A stretch of DNA of 64,000 bases from Octopus bimaculoides (taxonomy: Eukaryota): assembly GCF_001194135.2 (NCBI RefSeq), contig NC_068982.1, positions 137,763,067 through 137,827,066 on the forward strand, written 5' to 3'. Shown in pieces: positions 1 through 12,848 of this stretch. The stretch's first letter is position 1. Each line of letters begins with the position of its first letter. The notes under the pieces are model-generated. The model searched no databases, was not told where the DNA came from, and was given only the letters and a program-made list of their open reading frames with translations. The position numbers and the translations under genes are program-made.

Positions 1-290
1 GCGTGTGTCTTGTGTGTGTGCGCGCATGCACGTGTGTGTCTTGTGTGTGTGTTGTATGTGTGTGTGTGTGTGTGTATGTGTGTGCATGTGTGTGTGTTGT
101 GTGTGCGCAGGTTGTGTATGTGTGCATGCACATGTGTGTGTTATGTGTGCACAGGTTGTATGTGTGTATGTGTGTATGGGCATGCATGTGTATGTGTATG
201 TGTGTGCATGTGTGAGTGTGCACATGTGTTATATGTGTGCTGTATGTGTTTTGTTTGTGTGTGTCTTTGTGTCAGTCTTTGTCCCCTGCC
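1..290. repeat. Degenerate (GT)n/(GTAT)n microsatellite
   Basis: Direct reading; it produces the CV-rich ORFs in the track. Confidence 0.95.
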
Positions 291-671
291 ACTTCTTGAC
301 AAGTGGCATTGAAGCATCTACGCCCCCATAACTTAGTGGTTTGGCAAAAAACAGAATAAATATCAGGAAGCCCTGGGATTGATACCATCATCATCATTTA
401 ACGTCCATTGTCCATACTGGTATGGATTGCATGGTTTGACCAGGGCTGGTAAGCTAGAAGGCTACACCAGACTCCAGTCTGATTTGGCATGGTTTTCTAC
501 AGCTGGATGCCCTTCCTAATGCCAACCACTCTCAATGCATGCTTTTACATGCCACCAGTACAGGTGTCATTTACGTGACACCAATATCAGCCACAACTGT
601 GATTTTGCTTGGCTTGATGGGTCTTCTTCTCAAGCATAACATAATGCCAAAGGTCTTGGCCATTGCTTCTG

Positions 672-1258
672 TGAGGCCCAACACTCAAAAGCTCAGCCAC
701 CTCACCTTCGTGAGGCTCAATGCTTGAAAGGAACTCAGCCATTTTGTCTCCGTGAAGCCCAACACTCAAAAGGAACTCAGCCACTTTGTCTCTATGAGGC
801 CCAACACTCAAAAGGAACTCAGCCACTTTGTCTCTATGAGGCCCAACACTCAAAAGGAACTCGGCCACTTTGTCTCTATGAGGCCCAACACTCAAAAGGA
901 ACTCAGCCACTTTGCNNNNNNNNNNNNNNNNNNNNNNNNNNNNNNNNNNNNNNNNNNNNNNNNNNNNNNNNNNNNNNNNNNNNNNNNNNNNNNNNNNNNN
1001 NNNNNNNNNNNNNNNNNNNNNNNNNNNNNNNNNNNNNNNNNNNNNNNNNNNNNNNNNNNNNNNNNNNNNNNNNNNNNNNNNNNNNNNNNNNNNNNNNNNA
1101 GCCCAACACTCAAAAGGAACTCAGCCACTTTGTCTCTATGAGGCCCAACACTCAAAAGGAACTCAGCCACTTTGTCTCTATGAGGCCCAACACTCAAAAG
1201 GAACTCGGCCACTTTGTCTCTATGAGGCCCAACACTCAAAAGGAACTCAGCCACTTTG
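672..1258. repeat. 42-bp minisatellite GAGGCCCAACACTCAAAAGGAACTCAGCCACTTTGTCTCTAT, interrupted by an N gap
   Basis: Near-identical contiguous units on both sides of gap 916-1099, with no spacers. Confidence 0.95.
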
Positions 1259-1900
1259 CCTTTGGTCAAAAATTATTCAAGGTGGTGCTCTGCCTGGCTT
1301 TGGACTAATGACTGAAACAAGCAAAAGACAAACGATTGAAGATGAAAGGTGTATATATGAAAGTGTGTGTGTGTGTGTGTGTACGTGTGCCATTTATAAT
1401 GCATCTACAAACTCAGAACAGCACTTGTCCCTCTTTTAAGGGACTTGGTGTGTTAGAAACACATCTCACTCAGAAGTGACATCAATAAATCATTTGATAC
1501 CTGAATGTTGGTCTGTTTTGGACTCCACAGCAACAAATACCCGAGACATCCTTAGTTAATTCAGGATCTTTGTTCCAATATAAAAATATCAACAAACAAG
1601 ACATTCACTGATTTATTCAGGAGTTTGCCAGGTTTAAATTCAATCAATACATACACTTGAAACAGCCGTAGAGTAGAATAATTATATTTATAACATTTGT
1701 GAATTAAATGCAAATGCAGAATAGGTCAAGTTATAATATTTTGTCATAGGACCCTGTTATAACACATCAAGTCCCTTAAGAGAAATTTCTATGAGACACA
1801 CATACACATATGCACACATACACAAATGCTCTTGCTTTCCCCCCATGCTCTCTCTCTCTCTCTCTCTCTTTCTTCCTTTCCCTCTCTCACACTCACATAG

Positions 1901-2005
<105 letters not shown>

Positions 2006-2239
2006 AACACACACATACACACACAAACACAAAAACATATGATGTCAGCATTGTTTTAAGATTCATTTTTCCATGCTTGCAAAGGTTAGGCAGGATTCCT
2101 TGTGCCTGATTTCCAGTTGCTAACCCTCTCTTGTTTCAAACAAGGTAGTCTTTCCTTGTGGCTTGACATGTTTATATGACCATGATGCTTTTATGACCAT
2201 GATGACCACTTATATGACAATGATGCTTTTTCCCTAGCA

Positions 2240-3479
2240 TATGAACTCTTCAAAACTATAAAGCTACCATTCCAGATTGTTTCGGAAAATATTCAACTCA
2301 GTCGTATTCACTGTGATCCAGATGACATTTTCAGTATGCCTAAAGCTACAAGGCTTTCCGAAATTGAACAAGAGAAGATTCTTGCTCTGAAAGTGGAAGG
2401 AATGAGTAACTGGAAGATTGCCGAGAAGATTCAGCAAAGCAGAACACTTGTGGACAAGTTTCTGAAGACCCTGATAGCTACTACAAGGGGTTCGTGTTGG
2501 TAGACATCCCAAGGTTGCATTGGAAAAGGATGAAAGGGCCATTGTCAGAGTTGTGAAGAAGTCATGCTGCTCTTCTGTTTTCAAAATCAAAACATCAGCC
2601 TTGATATCCACCGTATGAAGGGTGATTTTGAACCCTGGTTTCCACCTGTATAAGTGGTTCGGACATCCGTTATTGTCCCCTTCCCACGAAGCTGTTACGT
2701 TGAAGTTTGCTAGGCAGCATTAGTGGGATGGTGAATGGACCAGGGTTCTGTTCTCTGGTGAGAAAAAATGGAATTTGGATATCCCTGACGGTTATATGTA
2801 TTACTGGACAGGTAAATGTATTGGAGGAGGTCTTATGGTATAGGGAGCAATAGCTGCCAATGGGAAGCTGCCGCTCATCATCATGGGTGGCCATTTCAAT
2901 TGCTGTGTGATACATCGATATGTTGGATGGAGCTGACATCGACAAAGAAGGAAGAAGGTTGTGTGGAGAAAACTTCATATTTCAAGAGTCCTATAGAGAA
3001 TGCCTGGAGTTATCTCATGAACGTTGTGTACAGTGAAGGCAAGCAGTATTCATCTGTTGACGAACTCAAAATAGCAATAAAGAAGGCCAGGGAAGATCTT
3101 TTACTTGTCTGCAGCAGAAGGGGATTGAGAGACTGAAATCACATGTTTTTGAAGTAATTCAGAAAGGTGATGGTCAAACACACTATTGTTGATGTATTGC
3201 ATGAGAATATCATTGAAATATATCATAATTTCCCCATTTTGCATCATTTTTGCAACATTATTCAACTTGGCATTATAGTTTTGTACCCGGGTTTCTGGCT
3301 TTGTATGTTCTTTTTAATTATTATCTTATTTGTCTTTGGATTTCAATAAATTTGAAGACTGCAATGGCTTCTTCAAGTCCATTTCCTATTTAGAGGTGAG
3401 TTTCATGAATTTGAGTTGTAAATTTTGCCAGAAAAAAAAAGAAGCACTGTGTTCTGGCTTTATAGCTTTGAACAGCAGT
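2240..3479 (+). mobile_element. Tc3-like (Tc1/mariner) DNA transposon relic
   Basis: From ATG 2336: MPKATRLSEIEQEKILALKVEGMSNWKIAEKIQQSRTLVDKFLK (Tc3-like N-terminus), later 'VLFSGEK(K)[13 protein letters not shown]'; frameshifted. Degenerate TIRs ctcttcaaaactataaagc / gctttatagctttgaacag. Confidence 0.75.
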
Positions 3480-3567
3480 TTACAATGACACAGACGTTTC
3501 ATCCTTTAACAATGCCTTAAACTCTTCTATTGGTTAAATTAGTTTATTTAATGACTTCTCTTTACAG

Positions 3568-3696
3568 GTGATACAAACATCTTCTACCAAAGAATATAGC
3601 AAAATTACCAGTCATATTATTTCTGCAAATGTTCTTAACATTCAGATAACTAACCTTGAAGAACCAGTAAAAATATCATTCAATTTAGTATATCAG
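3568..3696 (+). CDS. Adhesion GPCR exon A (GAIN domain, C-terminal subdomain): VIQTSSTKEYSKITSHIISANVLNIQITNLEEPVKISFNLVYQ
   Basis: Acceptor ttctctttacag| and donor CAG|gtaaca; 129 nt, phase 0-0. 'S.IISA.V....ITNL.EPV.I.F' is typical of the GAIN domain just upstream of the GPS. Confidence 0.9.
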
Positions 3697-3852
3697 GTAA
3701 CACCTAAATATTATATTTCTCATAGCTGTTGTTTGTGTTGTAAATGTTGTAGTCACTGTTTCATTTGAAGGCTCTCTCTGATTCCTCCTGAAAAAAATAC
3801 AAACCACAGCAGCAGCAAAAACATAATTGCATTAATATTTGCTGTGATTAAG

Positions 3853-4295
3853 GCAGCGAGCTAGCAGAAATGTTAGCATATCAGGCAAAATGCTTAGTGG
3901 TATTTCGTCTGTCTTTACGCTCTGAGTTCCAATACCGCTGAGGTCAACTTTGCCTTTCTTCCTTTTGGGGGTCGATAAATTAAGTGTAAGTTACGTACTG
4001 GGGTTGATTTAATCGACTGGCCCTCTCCCCACAAATTTCGGACCTTGTGCCTAGGGTAGAAACGAATATTTCTAAGACTCTTAAGGCAGGGAGCTGGCAG
4101 AAATGTTAGAATGCCAGACGAAATGTTTAGCGGTATTTCATCCGCCTTTATGTTCTGAATTCCAATTCCGCCAAGGTCGACTTTGCCTTTCATCCTTTCA
4201 GGGTCGATAAATTAGGTACCAGCTGCATACTGGGCTCGATCTAATTGACTGGCCCTCTCCCCCAAATTTCAGTCCTTGTGCCTAGAGTAGACAAC
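3853..4295 (+). mobile_element. Two tandem copies of SINE family B (ggcggcgagctggcagaa...gtcgactttgcctttcatcctttc...)
   Basis: Copies at about 3853-4075 and 4085-4295. More copies at about 15200-15325(-), 17095-17240(-), 24655-24885(-), 38387-38525(+), 41130-41345(-), 53400-53640(+), 63680-63855(-). The core resembles the Meta-domain of MetaSINE-type elements (recalled, not verified). Confidence 0.8.
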
Positions 4296-5569
4296 AAAAA
4301 AAAGGAAAAAAAAAATATTTGCTGTGATTGTTATTGAGTTTTGCATTCAGGATCATCCTTGCTCTGGTCCCTGATACATAGGTAATCCCTGTTAAACAAG
4401 GTACAATTCACAAATCTAGAGTTCCAGAAACATCATCTTCACTTAGTTGAGGGATATACTCCACATTTCCATATATACAAGAGGGTGCTGAAAAGTTCCT
4501 GGCTTTGGTTAATTATGATCTTATTCTACATATTCCCCTCTGAGATTCACACACTTATTGCAGCAGTCCTTCAGTTTTCTAAACCATGTAAAAGAACTTG
4601 GAAGGTTGGGCCTCCAACCAGGCCTTTCACAATACCCTTAAAGCCAGGAATTGCTTAATACCCCTCATATGTATATATGTATCATCATCATCATCATCAT
4701 CGTTTAACGTCCGCTTTCCATGGTAGCATGGGTTGGACGATTTGACTGAGGACTGGCAAATCAGGTGGCTGCACCAGGCTCCAATTTGATCTGGCAGAGT
4801 TTCTACAGCTGGATGCCCTTCCTAATGCCAACCACTCTGAGAGTGTAGTGGGCGCTTTTGCGTGCCANNNNNNNNNNNNNNNNNNNNNNNNNNNNNNNNN
4901 NNNNNNNNNNNNNNNNNNNNNNNNNNNNNNNNNNNNNNNNNNNNNNNNNNNNNNNNNNNNNNNNNNNNNNNNNNNNNNNNNNNNNNNNNNNNNNNNNNNN
5001 NNNNNNNNNNNNNNNNNNNNNNNNNNNNNNNNNNNNNNNNNNNNNNNNNNNNNNNNNNNNNNNNNNNNNNNNNNNNNNNNNNNNNNNNNNNNNNNNNNNN
5101 NNNNNNNNNNNNNNNNNNNNNNNNNNNNNNNNNNNNNNNNNNNNNNNNNNNNNNNNNNNNNNNNNNNNNNNNNNNNNNNNNNNNNNNNNNNNNNNNNNNN
5201 NNNNNNNNNNNNNNNNNNNNNNNNNNNNNNNNNNNNNNNNNNNNNNNNNNNNNNNNNNNNNNNNNNNNNNNNNNNNNNNNNNNNNNNNNNNNNNNNNNNN
5301 NNNNNNNNNNNNNNNNNNNNNNNNNNNNNNNNNNNNNNNNNNNNNNNNNNNNNNNNNNNNNNNNNNNNNNNNNNNNNNNNNNNNNNNNNNNNNNNNNNNN
5401 NNNNNNNNNNNNTAAAGCCTACATACAGTTTGTGAAATTCCTTCCTAAAGATTCGTACCATTCTACTCTCCAAGAAGTTTTTTTCTTAATTGTAACTTTT
5501 TGAAAAACGTTTTCTCTAAATAAATATATATATATATATGTATATATATGTATATATATATATATATGG

Positions 5570-5664
<95 letters not shown>

Positions 5665-5674
5665 GATAGATAGG

Positions 5675-6130
5675 CACAGGAGTGGCTGTGTGGTAAGTAG
5701 CTTGCTTACCAACCACATGGCTCCAGGTTCAGTCCCACTGCATAGCGCCTTTGGCAAGTATCTTCTACTATGGCTTTGGGCCACCCAAAGCCTTGAGTGG
5801 ATTTGGTAGACGGAAACTGAAAGAAGCGCATCATGTGTGTGTGTATTTGTCCCTTCACCATTGCTTGACAACCAATGTTGGTGTGTTTACATCCCCATAA
5901 CTTAGCAGTTTGGCAAAAGAGACCAATAGAATAAGTACTAGGCTTTAATTCCTGGCTTTAAGGGTATTGTGAAAGGCCTGGTTGGAGAGGCCCAACCTTC
6001 CAAGTTCTTTTACAGAGCTTAGAAAAAGAGACCAATAGAATAAGTCCTGGGATCAATTCATTCGACTAAAGGCTAAATGCTCCAGCATGGCTACAGTCAA
6101 ATGACTGAAACAAATAAAAGAATAAAAGAA
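5675..6130 (+). mobile_element. SINE family A (tRNA-like head ggctgtgtggtaag...ggttcagtccc; internal (TA)n/(TG)n; taaaaga tail)
   Basis: Pol III A/B-box-like head. Further copies or fragments at about 23525-23935(-), 24365-24990(-, split by family B), 25080-25490(+), 29815-30215(-), 40090-40245(-), 44265-44500(-), 44550-44975(+), 45225-45440(+), 49640-50160(+), 54310-54415(+), 63860-63990(+). Confidence 0.85.
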
Positions 6131-6349
6131 TATAGGATGCAGTGTAAATTATGAGAATATACATAACTCTATAAATGAGATGGAATGTTCCATTAAACTA
6201 TCACAGCCTGTGATATGGGATATCTCAATAATAACCAAACACAAATGACAATGGTCTGTTCTGATGTTTTCTATGCCAAATAAACCGACATTCTAATTAC
6301 TAAGCAAGTTGATTAAATTATCAGAATTAAATTTTTTTTTTTCTTTCAG

Positions 6350-6487
6350 AACCAACAGTGTGCTTATTGGGATGAATCCTCTGGTCAGAAACCACGTTGG
6401 TCAACCAATGGCTGTAATACAACCACCAATGGTCCTGGAGATAAAGTAGTTTGTTCCTGTAATCACCTTACAAGTTTTACTCTACTG
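6350..6487 (+). CDS. Adhesion GPCR exon B (GPS motif): NQQCAYWDESSGQKPRWSTNGCNTTTNGPGDKVVCSCNHLTSFTLL
   Basis: Acceptor ttttctttcag|. Full GPS consensus C-x2-W...W...GC...C-x-C-x-HL|TSF. Donor CTG|gttggt is the only one in phase with the next exon; 138 nt, phase 0-0. Confidence 0.93.
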
Positions 6488-6849
6488 GTTGGTAATATTA
6501 TGACAAGTCATAAGTACCAGTAATTCAGCAGTTATGTTTATGTATCAATAATTTTAAAGAGTTGTATATACTAACACACCTACTGGACTTTGTGTTGATT
6601 GGTAATATAGGAATATTAATAGGGGTTATTGTATTTTTATTTTTAAACTTTGGATTGAAATGGGAGTTGCGTTTGTGATATATAATGATTTTTAGATTTA
6701 TGAGATAAAAATATTTAAAGCTTGATTATAGGGGGATAAGAGAATTTTACTTTTTTTTAAATAAAATATCAAGAGTTTTAATTTTATTAAGGTTGATAAA
6801 TGGTAAGACAGCATTGTTCTTGTTGCTATTTCTGTTATTAGTTTAAATT

Positions 6850-7925
6850 TAGGATGGTACCTTTTAGATGTATCGAACTACCATTCTCAATGAAATACAT
6901 AGGAATTCCTCCAGCATTGATATGAATTGGAGGGAGGCAGAATCATTTCTCCTGGTTTTGAAATTCATTGTGCTAAAACTATCCGAATAGTTGAAGTAGT
7001 TGTATGCTGTCAACTTAATGTGTCAGCCCACTGAAGGGAATAATACTGACCTATGATTGGCCCTTTTCTATTGACCAATCTGGGATGGAGGAGTAGCAGT
7101 TTTTCATTTTGGCAATTTCATGGCAATATGTTTCTGCAGTAATGGTTTTGCTGGGTTTTAAGAAGTTATAGTGGATGAATCCAGCAGTACACCACCAAAC
7201 AATCACCATAACCTTCTTTTTGAAGAGCTTGGGTTTGGGGAAGGTTTTCGGTGCTTCATTCTGGTCCAACAAGTGCAAAGAACATTTTTTTTATTATTGT
7301 ACAGAATCCTCTTTTCATTGCAAGTTATAATGAATCAGTCTGGATATGGAGAAGAAGCAATGAGTGAATTTCATATCTGCGCATTTTCTGATTTTCATTC
7401 AAATCGTGTGATACCCATTTGTTGAGCCGTTTTAGTTTTCTGATTGCATGTAAATGGTTTCAGGCAGTTTTCTGGCTAATTTGAAGTTATTTTGCCAGAT
7501 CTAGAGTGGTTTTATGTGGATCTTTCTCAATGATGGTCTTCGATTGACTGTCATCAATGACAGATGGATGTCCAAGGCTCAGGTTTCCACTGTGAAATCG
7601 TTTAAACCATTTTTGTGTTGACCACACACTGGTCATTTCCTCACCAAACATTTCGTTGATATTGTAAGCAGTTTCATCTGCTCTACATCCTCTTTTGAAG
7701 TTGAATAGCAAAATTGCTCGAATATCGCGCTTTGACAACTCCATTTCAGATGATTGTAACAACGGTGAAAAAATACCAATAGTAGTTTATTGATGCATTT
7801 GGGCAAGTCTATGTCTGTATTATCAAACAATTGCAAAAACAATGTTTAAAAAAAATTCAAAACTGCCAAAATCCGGAACAAATTCTTCATGGTTCAAAAC
7901 ATTGCTTACTTTTTACTCAACCTGA
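6850..7925 (-). mobile_element. mariner transposon relic
   Basis: Minus-strand ORFs MELSKRDIRAILLFNFKRG...TQKWFKRFHSGNLSL and PKPKLFKKKVMVIVWWCTAGFIHYNFLKP...YCHEI; frameshifted; boundaries approximate. Confidence 0.85.
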
Positions 7926-8137
7926 TATACATTATGACGGCAGTGAAACTTCATATTAGAGTTGTGCAACACGTAATAGAAGATAACCCAATAATACATT
8001 GTTTCTAATACAGTTTACTGTAGTCCTCACCTTCTTCATCAATGCTATATCCACTTATGATTTATATAAGTATTGATTGACACAGATGAAATGAAGTGGA
8101 GGGGGAGTTAATATGTTGTTGTTTGTGTCTGTTTCAG

Positions 8138-8232
8138 GATGTCGAGCAGCCCTCATTTGTTTTGTCACACGTTAGCTGTGGAATATCATTAGTCTTGCAC
8201 ATTCTTATAGCAATTTTTTATGGTTGTATCAA
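8138..8232 (+). CDS. Adhesion GPCR exon C (TM1): DVEQPSFVLSHVSCGISLVLHILIAIFYGCI(K)
   Basis: Acceptor gtctgtttcag| and donor AA|gtaagc; 95 nt, phase 0-2; hydrophobic TM1 with the 'CGISL' motif. Confidence 0.9.
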
Positions 8233-8921
8233 GTAAGCATTTCAATTTCTATTTTCTTTTAAAAACTGTTTAAATACCAAGAGACAGCATCCATCACTTT
8301 GTAGGGTTCTCACAGGCTGGTAAGATCAATGTGGTTGATGTCTATAGGAAAAAACACGAATGAACGGACAATTTCGAAATGTTGTCACTCTGATGAGGAT
8401 TGACAGGACAAATATGGTAGTGTAGGTTTTTTGAGTGACTCTCAGTAAGGATGACATAAAAAAGAGAAAGGGCTAGGGATGAGGGAAGTCTATCATGTGT
8501 ATTTAGTTTATAGCTTGTTAATTCAGAAAATTACAGACCAATAAGGTAGTAACAGTAATGACTCTGTCTCTACTACTACTACTACTCTACCGCTCTCTAC
8601 TATTTTTATGCATTATAATGGTAAGCAAGTTGTTATAGTGTGTTGGTGAGTTAAGATTGATGCTATTCACCCAGATCAACTTCTTTTGAGTGTGGTCTAC
8701 AATATGTGTGTGTGTGTGTAGATAGAGGCAACACCCTCTCATAGAAGTGAGCAGTGCTCTATTTTGAAACTGACTTGAGATTTGTAGAATATCAGCATTT
8801 GCTTAAAGTTAGTCAGTATCGCCTGACCCTAAACAGCAATCTAAGTTTTCCTGACACAGTGTTAGCAATGGTCTATACATACATAATACATACATACATA
8901 CATATATACCTACCTACATAA

Positions 8922-8949
<28 letters not shown>

Positions 8950-8952
<3 letters not shown>

Positions 8953-9165
8953 TGGGGCCCTGGGATATGTAACACACTGCCTAAATACCAATCTTGAGAA
9001 ATTAGGCTTCTCAAAACCAGAAATGAGAAAGCTAATTCGAAGACTACAGATCCAATCCATCACTGGAACTGTAAAAATCTGTAAAACTTTACAAAACTTT
9101 GTCATTTAAATATATATGAGCATGTCTAGATATGCAACTATATGCATGAAACAAAACATAGAAAT
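8950..9165 (+). mobile_element. 3' end of R4/Dong-like (RLE) LINE
   Basis: 'GALGYVTHCLNTNLEKLGFSKPEMRKLIRRLQIQSITGTVKICK' is homologous to the termini at 26700-27430(-) and 30600-30840(-). Confidence 0.7.
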
Positions 9166-9169
9166 TTGC

Positions 9170-9590
9170 ATCACCAGTCTGGAACCCCTATCTTGCTTAG
9201 GACATTGACTTCCTGGAAACTGTTCAGAGATGTGCAACCATGCAAATACCTTCCATCCAGTATCTACCATACTCTGTACATCTTGCTTCCCTGGGCATAG
9301 ATAATTTGAAGCTCTAATGTCTGGCAACACTCACAAAATTATTAACCATTGTGCCAACCAACCTCCTTGAGAACTTTTTCGAGCTCTATGTGTCTAACAC
9401 ATGTGGGGCATGTCTACAAAGTCAGAAAACAGCACAGCTCCCATGACTTTCGGAAACATTTTTTCACACTCAAAGTTGCTGAAGCATGGAATAAACTGCA
9501 TCAGTTGTTAGCTGCTTAGACATTGCATCCTTTAAAACTTCCATGCTTCCTGAAATTCGCCAACACTACACCTGATAATACAGTTCTATA
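9170..9590 (+). mobile_element. CR1-like LINE 3' relic
   Basis: Degenerate 'SPVWNPYL..DIDFLETVQRCAT' and 'HVYKVRKQHSSHDFRKHFFTLKVAEAWNKL'. Confidence 0.7.
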
Positions 9591-9598
9591 TTTAAGCG

Positions 9599-9913
9599 AT
9601 GAGGAATTATGTACACTATTTACATTATTTACATTATTTACATTTGACGGATATTTGTCCTCATTTGCATGCTGTTAACACAACATTTCGGCTGATATAC
9701 CCTCCTGCCTTCATCAGGTGTCTTGGGGGAAAGTTCTCATTCCTAAGGTATTTTTCAATGTTATTATTCAGGTTACTGCTTGGAATCGAACTCGGAATCT
9801 TGGGGTTTGTAGCCCGCACTCTTAACCACTACACCATATGCCCATAAGCATAGTAGTTAAGAGTGTGGGCTACTAAGCCCAAGATTCCAAGTTCGATTCC
9901 AGGCAGTGACCTA

Positions 9914-9945
<32 letters not shown>

Positions 9946-10670
9946 TAATAATAAAATGTCCTGATGTAGTACCAGGCAGTGGCTCTCGTGGCTTCTGATC
10001 TTAATTGATTGGAAGTGTTATCATGTACATTGTTTTGTCTTGGTATAAAAGATGGGCTACAGCAAATATTCTGCTTAATACCACAGATTTGCTTGTCAGT
10101 TGCTTGACCTTAACCAGTTGAGCATGTTTCTTGGTGGCTGACGATATGTGCATCTCTGATCATGAGCAGGAGTAGTTGGGGAGCATCATAGCCACGTGTT
10201 GAGAGAAATTCTTTGGGGTTTGAATAATTCACCTTTGGAAACATGGGTGTTTTGCTCAACATCCTTAAACAAACCTTATTCAGGGACCTTTTGAGTGAGA
10301 TGGGCTACTCGACCTGAAGAAAATTCTAACTGGGCCCCACCTGTGAGGTCATGCGCCATTTATCTTGATATGAGATCACCATGTCACGCACATATGGTTG
10401 TGATGCATGTGCCTTGTGTACCCTTATCAGACGGGTAGTCATGATGGGTATACTGAGCTTCATATATTTTACCCCAGTGTCACTTTGATGGCATGCCCTG
10501 CTCTCTCACTCAATAATAATAATAATAATAATGATAATCGAAAAATACCTTAAGAATGAGAACTTTTCCCCAAGACACCTGATGAAGGCTGGAGAGTATA
10601 TCAGCTGAAACGTGTTAACAACAAACAAGACAAGGACAAATATCAGTCAAATGTAAAATAATGTACTACA
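9599..10670. mobile_element. Head-to-head pair of a tRNA-derived SINE (third family); the right copy is split by a ~550-bp insertion
   Basis: Inverted heads at 9773-9833 and 9850-9910; the tail of the right copy (aaaaataccttaagaatgagaac...) resumes at about 10540. Confidence 0.75.
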
Positions 10671-12379
10671 CTTGATATTTCCCCTTCCATGTGCATGCAC
10701 ACATGTATATCATGACTCATACACTGTTCACTTTCCTGACTTTTGTACATAATTCTATGTACTGTACATGCACCTTTGATGAGTCATAGTGCACCTGAGG
10801 ACTATACACAATCATTTCATTATTATTATTATTACATACAAGCCTTGAATCAAGGTCAGAACCTGGCTCTTTCTCTATTGGCAGGGAATCTTGAAATAGA
10901 ACTGAATAATGACATACATACAAACATGCATACATACATACATACATACATACATATAAACAAAAATACCCTGTTGTTGATGTTGAAATTCCACTGAAGG
11001 GGCTTTGGATCTAGGTTAGAAACCAACTCTCTCTATTGGCAAGAAATCTTGAAATAAAACTGAATACATACTTACATACATACATACATACATTCTCTTC
11101 TTGCTCACTTTCCCTCCACTTTTCACTTCACTGTGTCCCTGTCATTTTTTCTTGCTCCTCCTTAATTCTTTTGACCCTCTGCCTCTACCTCTCTCTCTTC
11201 TCTTCCCACATGACCAGTGTTTGGCCAAGCCTGATCTTTCTTTCTTGGCTGGCCGTTGTGCGTGCAACATCGATATACCTCCCTGTGCCTGTGAAATCTT
11301 GTATCCCTGTCATAAGGCTTTATTTCCACACACGCCAGCTTAATTTAATTCGTCCTTAGTCAAAAGACACCTGTTGTTATGTCCTGTTATTTTTATTGTT
11401 TTTGTGCAACATTGTTCGTTTTTTCCGTCCTTGTTTTTGTATACATTCGCTGCTTTCTTCCAAGGAATCTAATGCTCTTAGCTTAGTTTTTCCTTGGGGC
11501 TGGCCAGATTGGAGCAATATCAAGAATAACCAGCCGAAATTGCAAAGATAATCTGGATCTCGACTGAGGTAAGAAAACTCCGAATGACCTGTCCGTGTTT
11601 TTTTTTGTATCGTCTATCTGGATGTTTTGTTTCCCTTTCTTGTATCACCTAACTGTTTGGATGTTTTGCATTCTTGTCCCATTTTGTATTATTTATATAC
11701 ATACATACATACAAAGGAGAAAGAAAGTGTCTTGGATCAACTGTTGATTAATCATGCTATCATTCTTCATCATATCAGAGTTGAAATAATCCTTCTGTCA
11801 GACCAAGACTTGGTACTTTGTAGCCTCATCCTTCAACATTCTAAGATTAGACCAAAGTTGCTGACCTTAATGCCCCCATTTGACAACTTGAACCTACAGA
11901 AAAGTTTTTGTTGACTGTTCCTTCACTGAGATAAGTGACTTGACAGTTACCTGAAGACACAATTACTCACGTGTTTATTTCGTCCCATCATGACTACCAC
12001 TGGTAAATGCAAATTCCCCACAAAGATAAAAACACACATCAGAAAAATAAACAAAACTCACAAAAATCAATGGTTAAAAGACTGTGAGCCACAACAAAAT
12101 CCCCCTCTCAGGGGGCAATAACTACACCATAATTGTATAAACTATATTTCCAGAATTGCATGAAGTTTCTTGTTAATTACCAAAAGGCTGCTGAAGAAGA
12201 CAGGGTGGTTGAAAAAATTTCATCCCAATCCCAATGTCTTTTATTCCTTTACAAAATAGAACAGGACTGCTTTTTCATCTCTCAGCCCCTAATCAATATA
12301 CTGTGTTAGGCCCACTTCTATTTATTATTATATATATATATATATATATATATTGTTTGTTGTTGTTGGTTGCCTCTCG

Positions 12380-12815
12380 TGTTTCTGAGCTTGCAATCCA
12401 GTTCACTTTCCTGGATGTTTGAACCGCAGATGGCTCCGCAATCCAAGGGTTGCATGAAACATACGGGGACGTTGTAGACAAGGGATAGAAGGGGCTGGTT
12501 TGGGAAGGAGAAGGCGCTGCTTTCTCTCCCATCTCTTGAGTTCAGCTCTTGCGACTCAGGCTTTCTCGAAGTCCACTGAACCCATTTTAATGATGTGTCT
12601 CCAGAAGGGTCTATTTGCCGAGATATCTTCCCAGTGTGCGGGGTCGATGTTGGTGCTTTTTAAGGTTGATTTGAGTTGGTCCTTGTTCTGCCTCAAGGGG
12701 GCTCCACGAGGACGTTTTGCTTCAGACAGTTCACCATAGAGACAGATCTTAGGAAGGCGGTGTTCATTCATCCGACAGATGTGACCTGACCATCAGAGAC
12801 GATTTTCAATGATCA
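12380..12815 (-). mobile_element. RTE-like LINE C-terminal relic
   Basis: MNEHRLPKICLYGELSEAKRPRGAPLRQNKDQLKSTLK...WEDISANRPFWR. Confidence 0.85.
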
Positions 12816-12848
12816 AGGCTTCGATATATACATATAAATTTAAATCAA

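Noticed and set aside
672-1258. CRISPR-like array or repeat protein (MRPNTQKELSHFVS)n
   Set aside because: Units are contiguous with no unique spacers; eukaryotic context; no splice or start support.
1400-1800. Further upstream GAIN exons of the aGPCR
   Set aside because: The frames tested hit stops or lacked a convincing donor or GAIN motif; upstream exons probably lie outside the window or in gaps.
6488-6493. Alternative donor after GTTG (G|gtaata) giving TSFTLLV
   Set aside because: Phase 1 is incompatible with exon C (leads to a stop); would need an unseen exon.
9845-9910. tRNA gene (tRNA-like cloverleaf head)
   Set aside because: Acceptor stem incomplete; continues into a SINE body and tail; present as an inverted pair, so treated as a SINE head.
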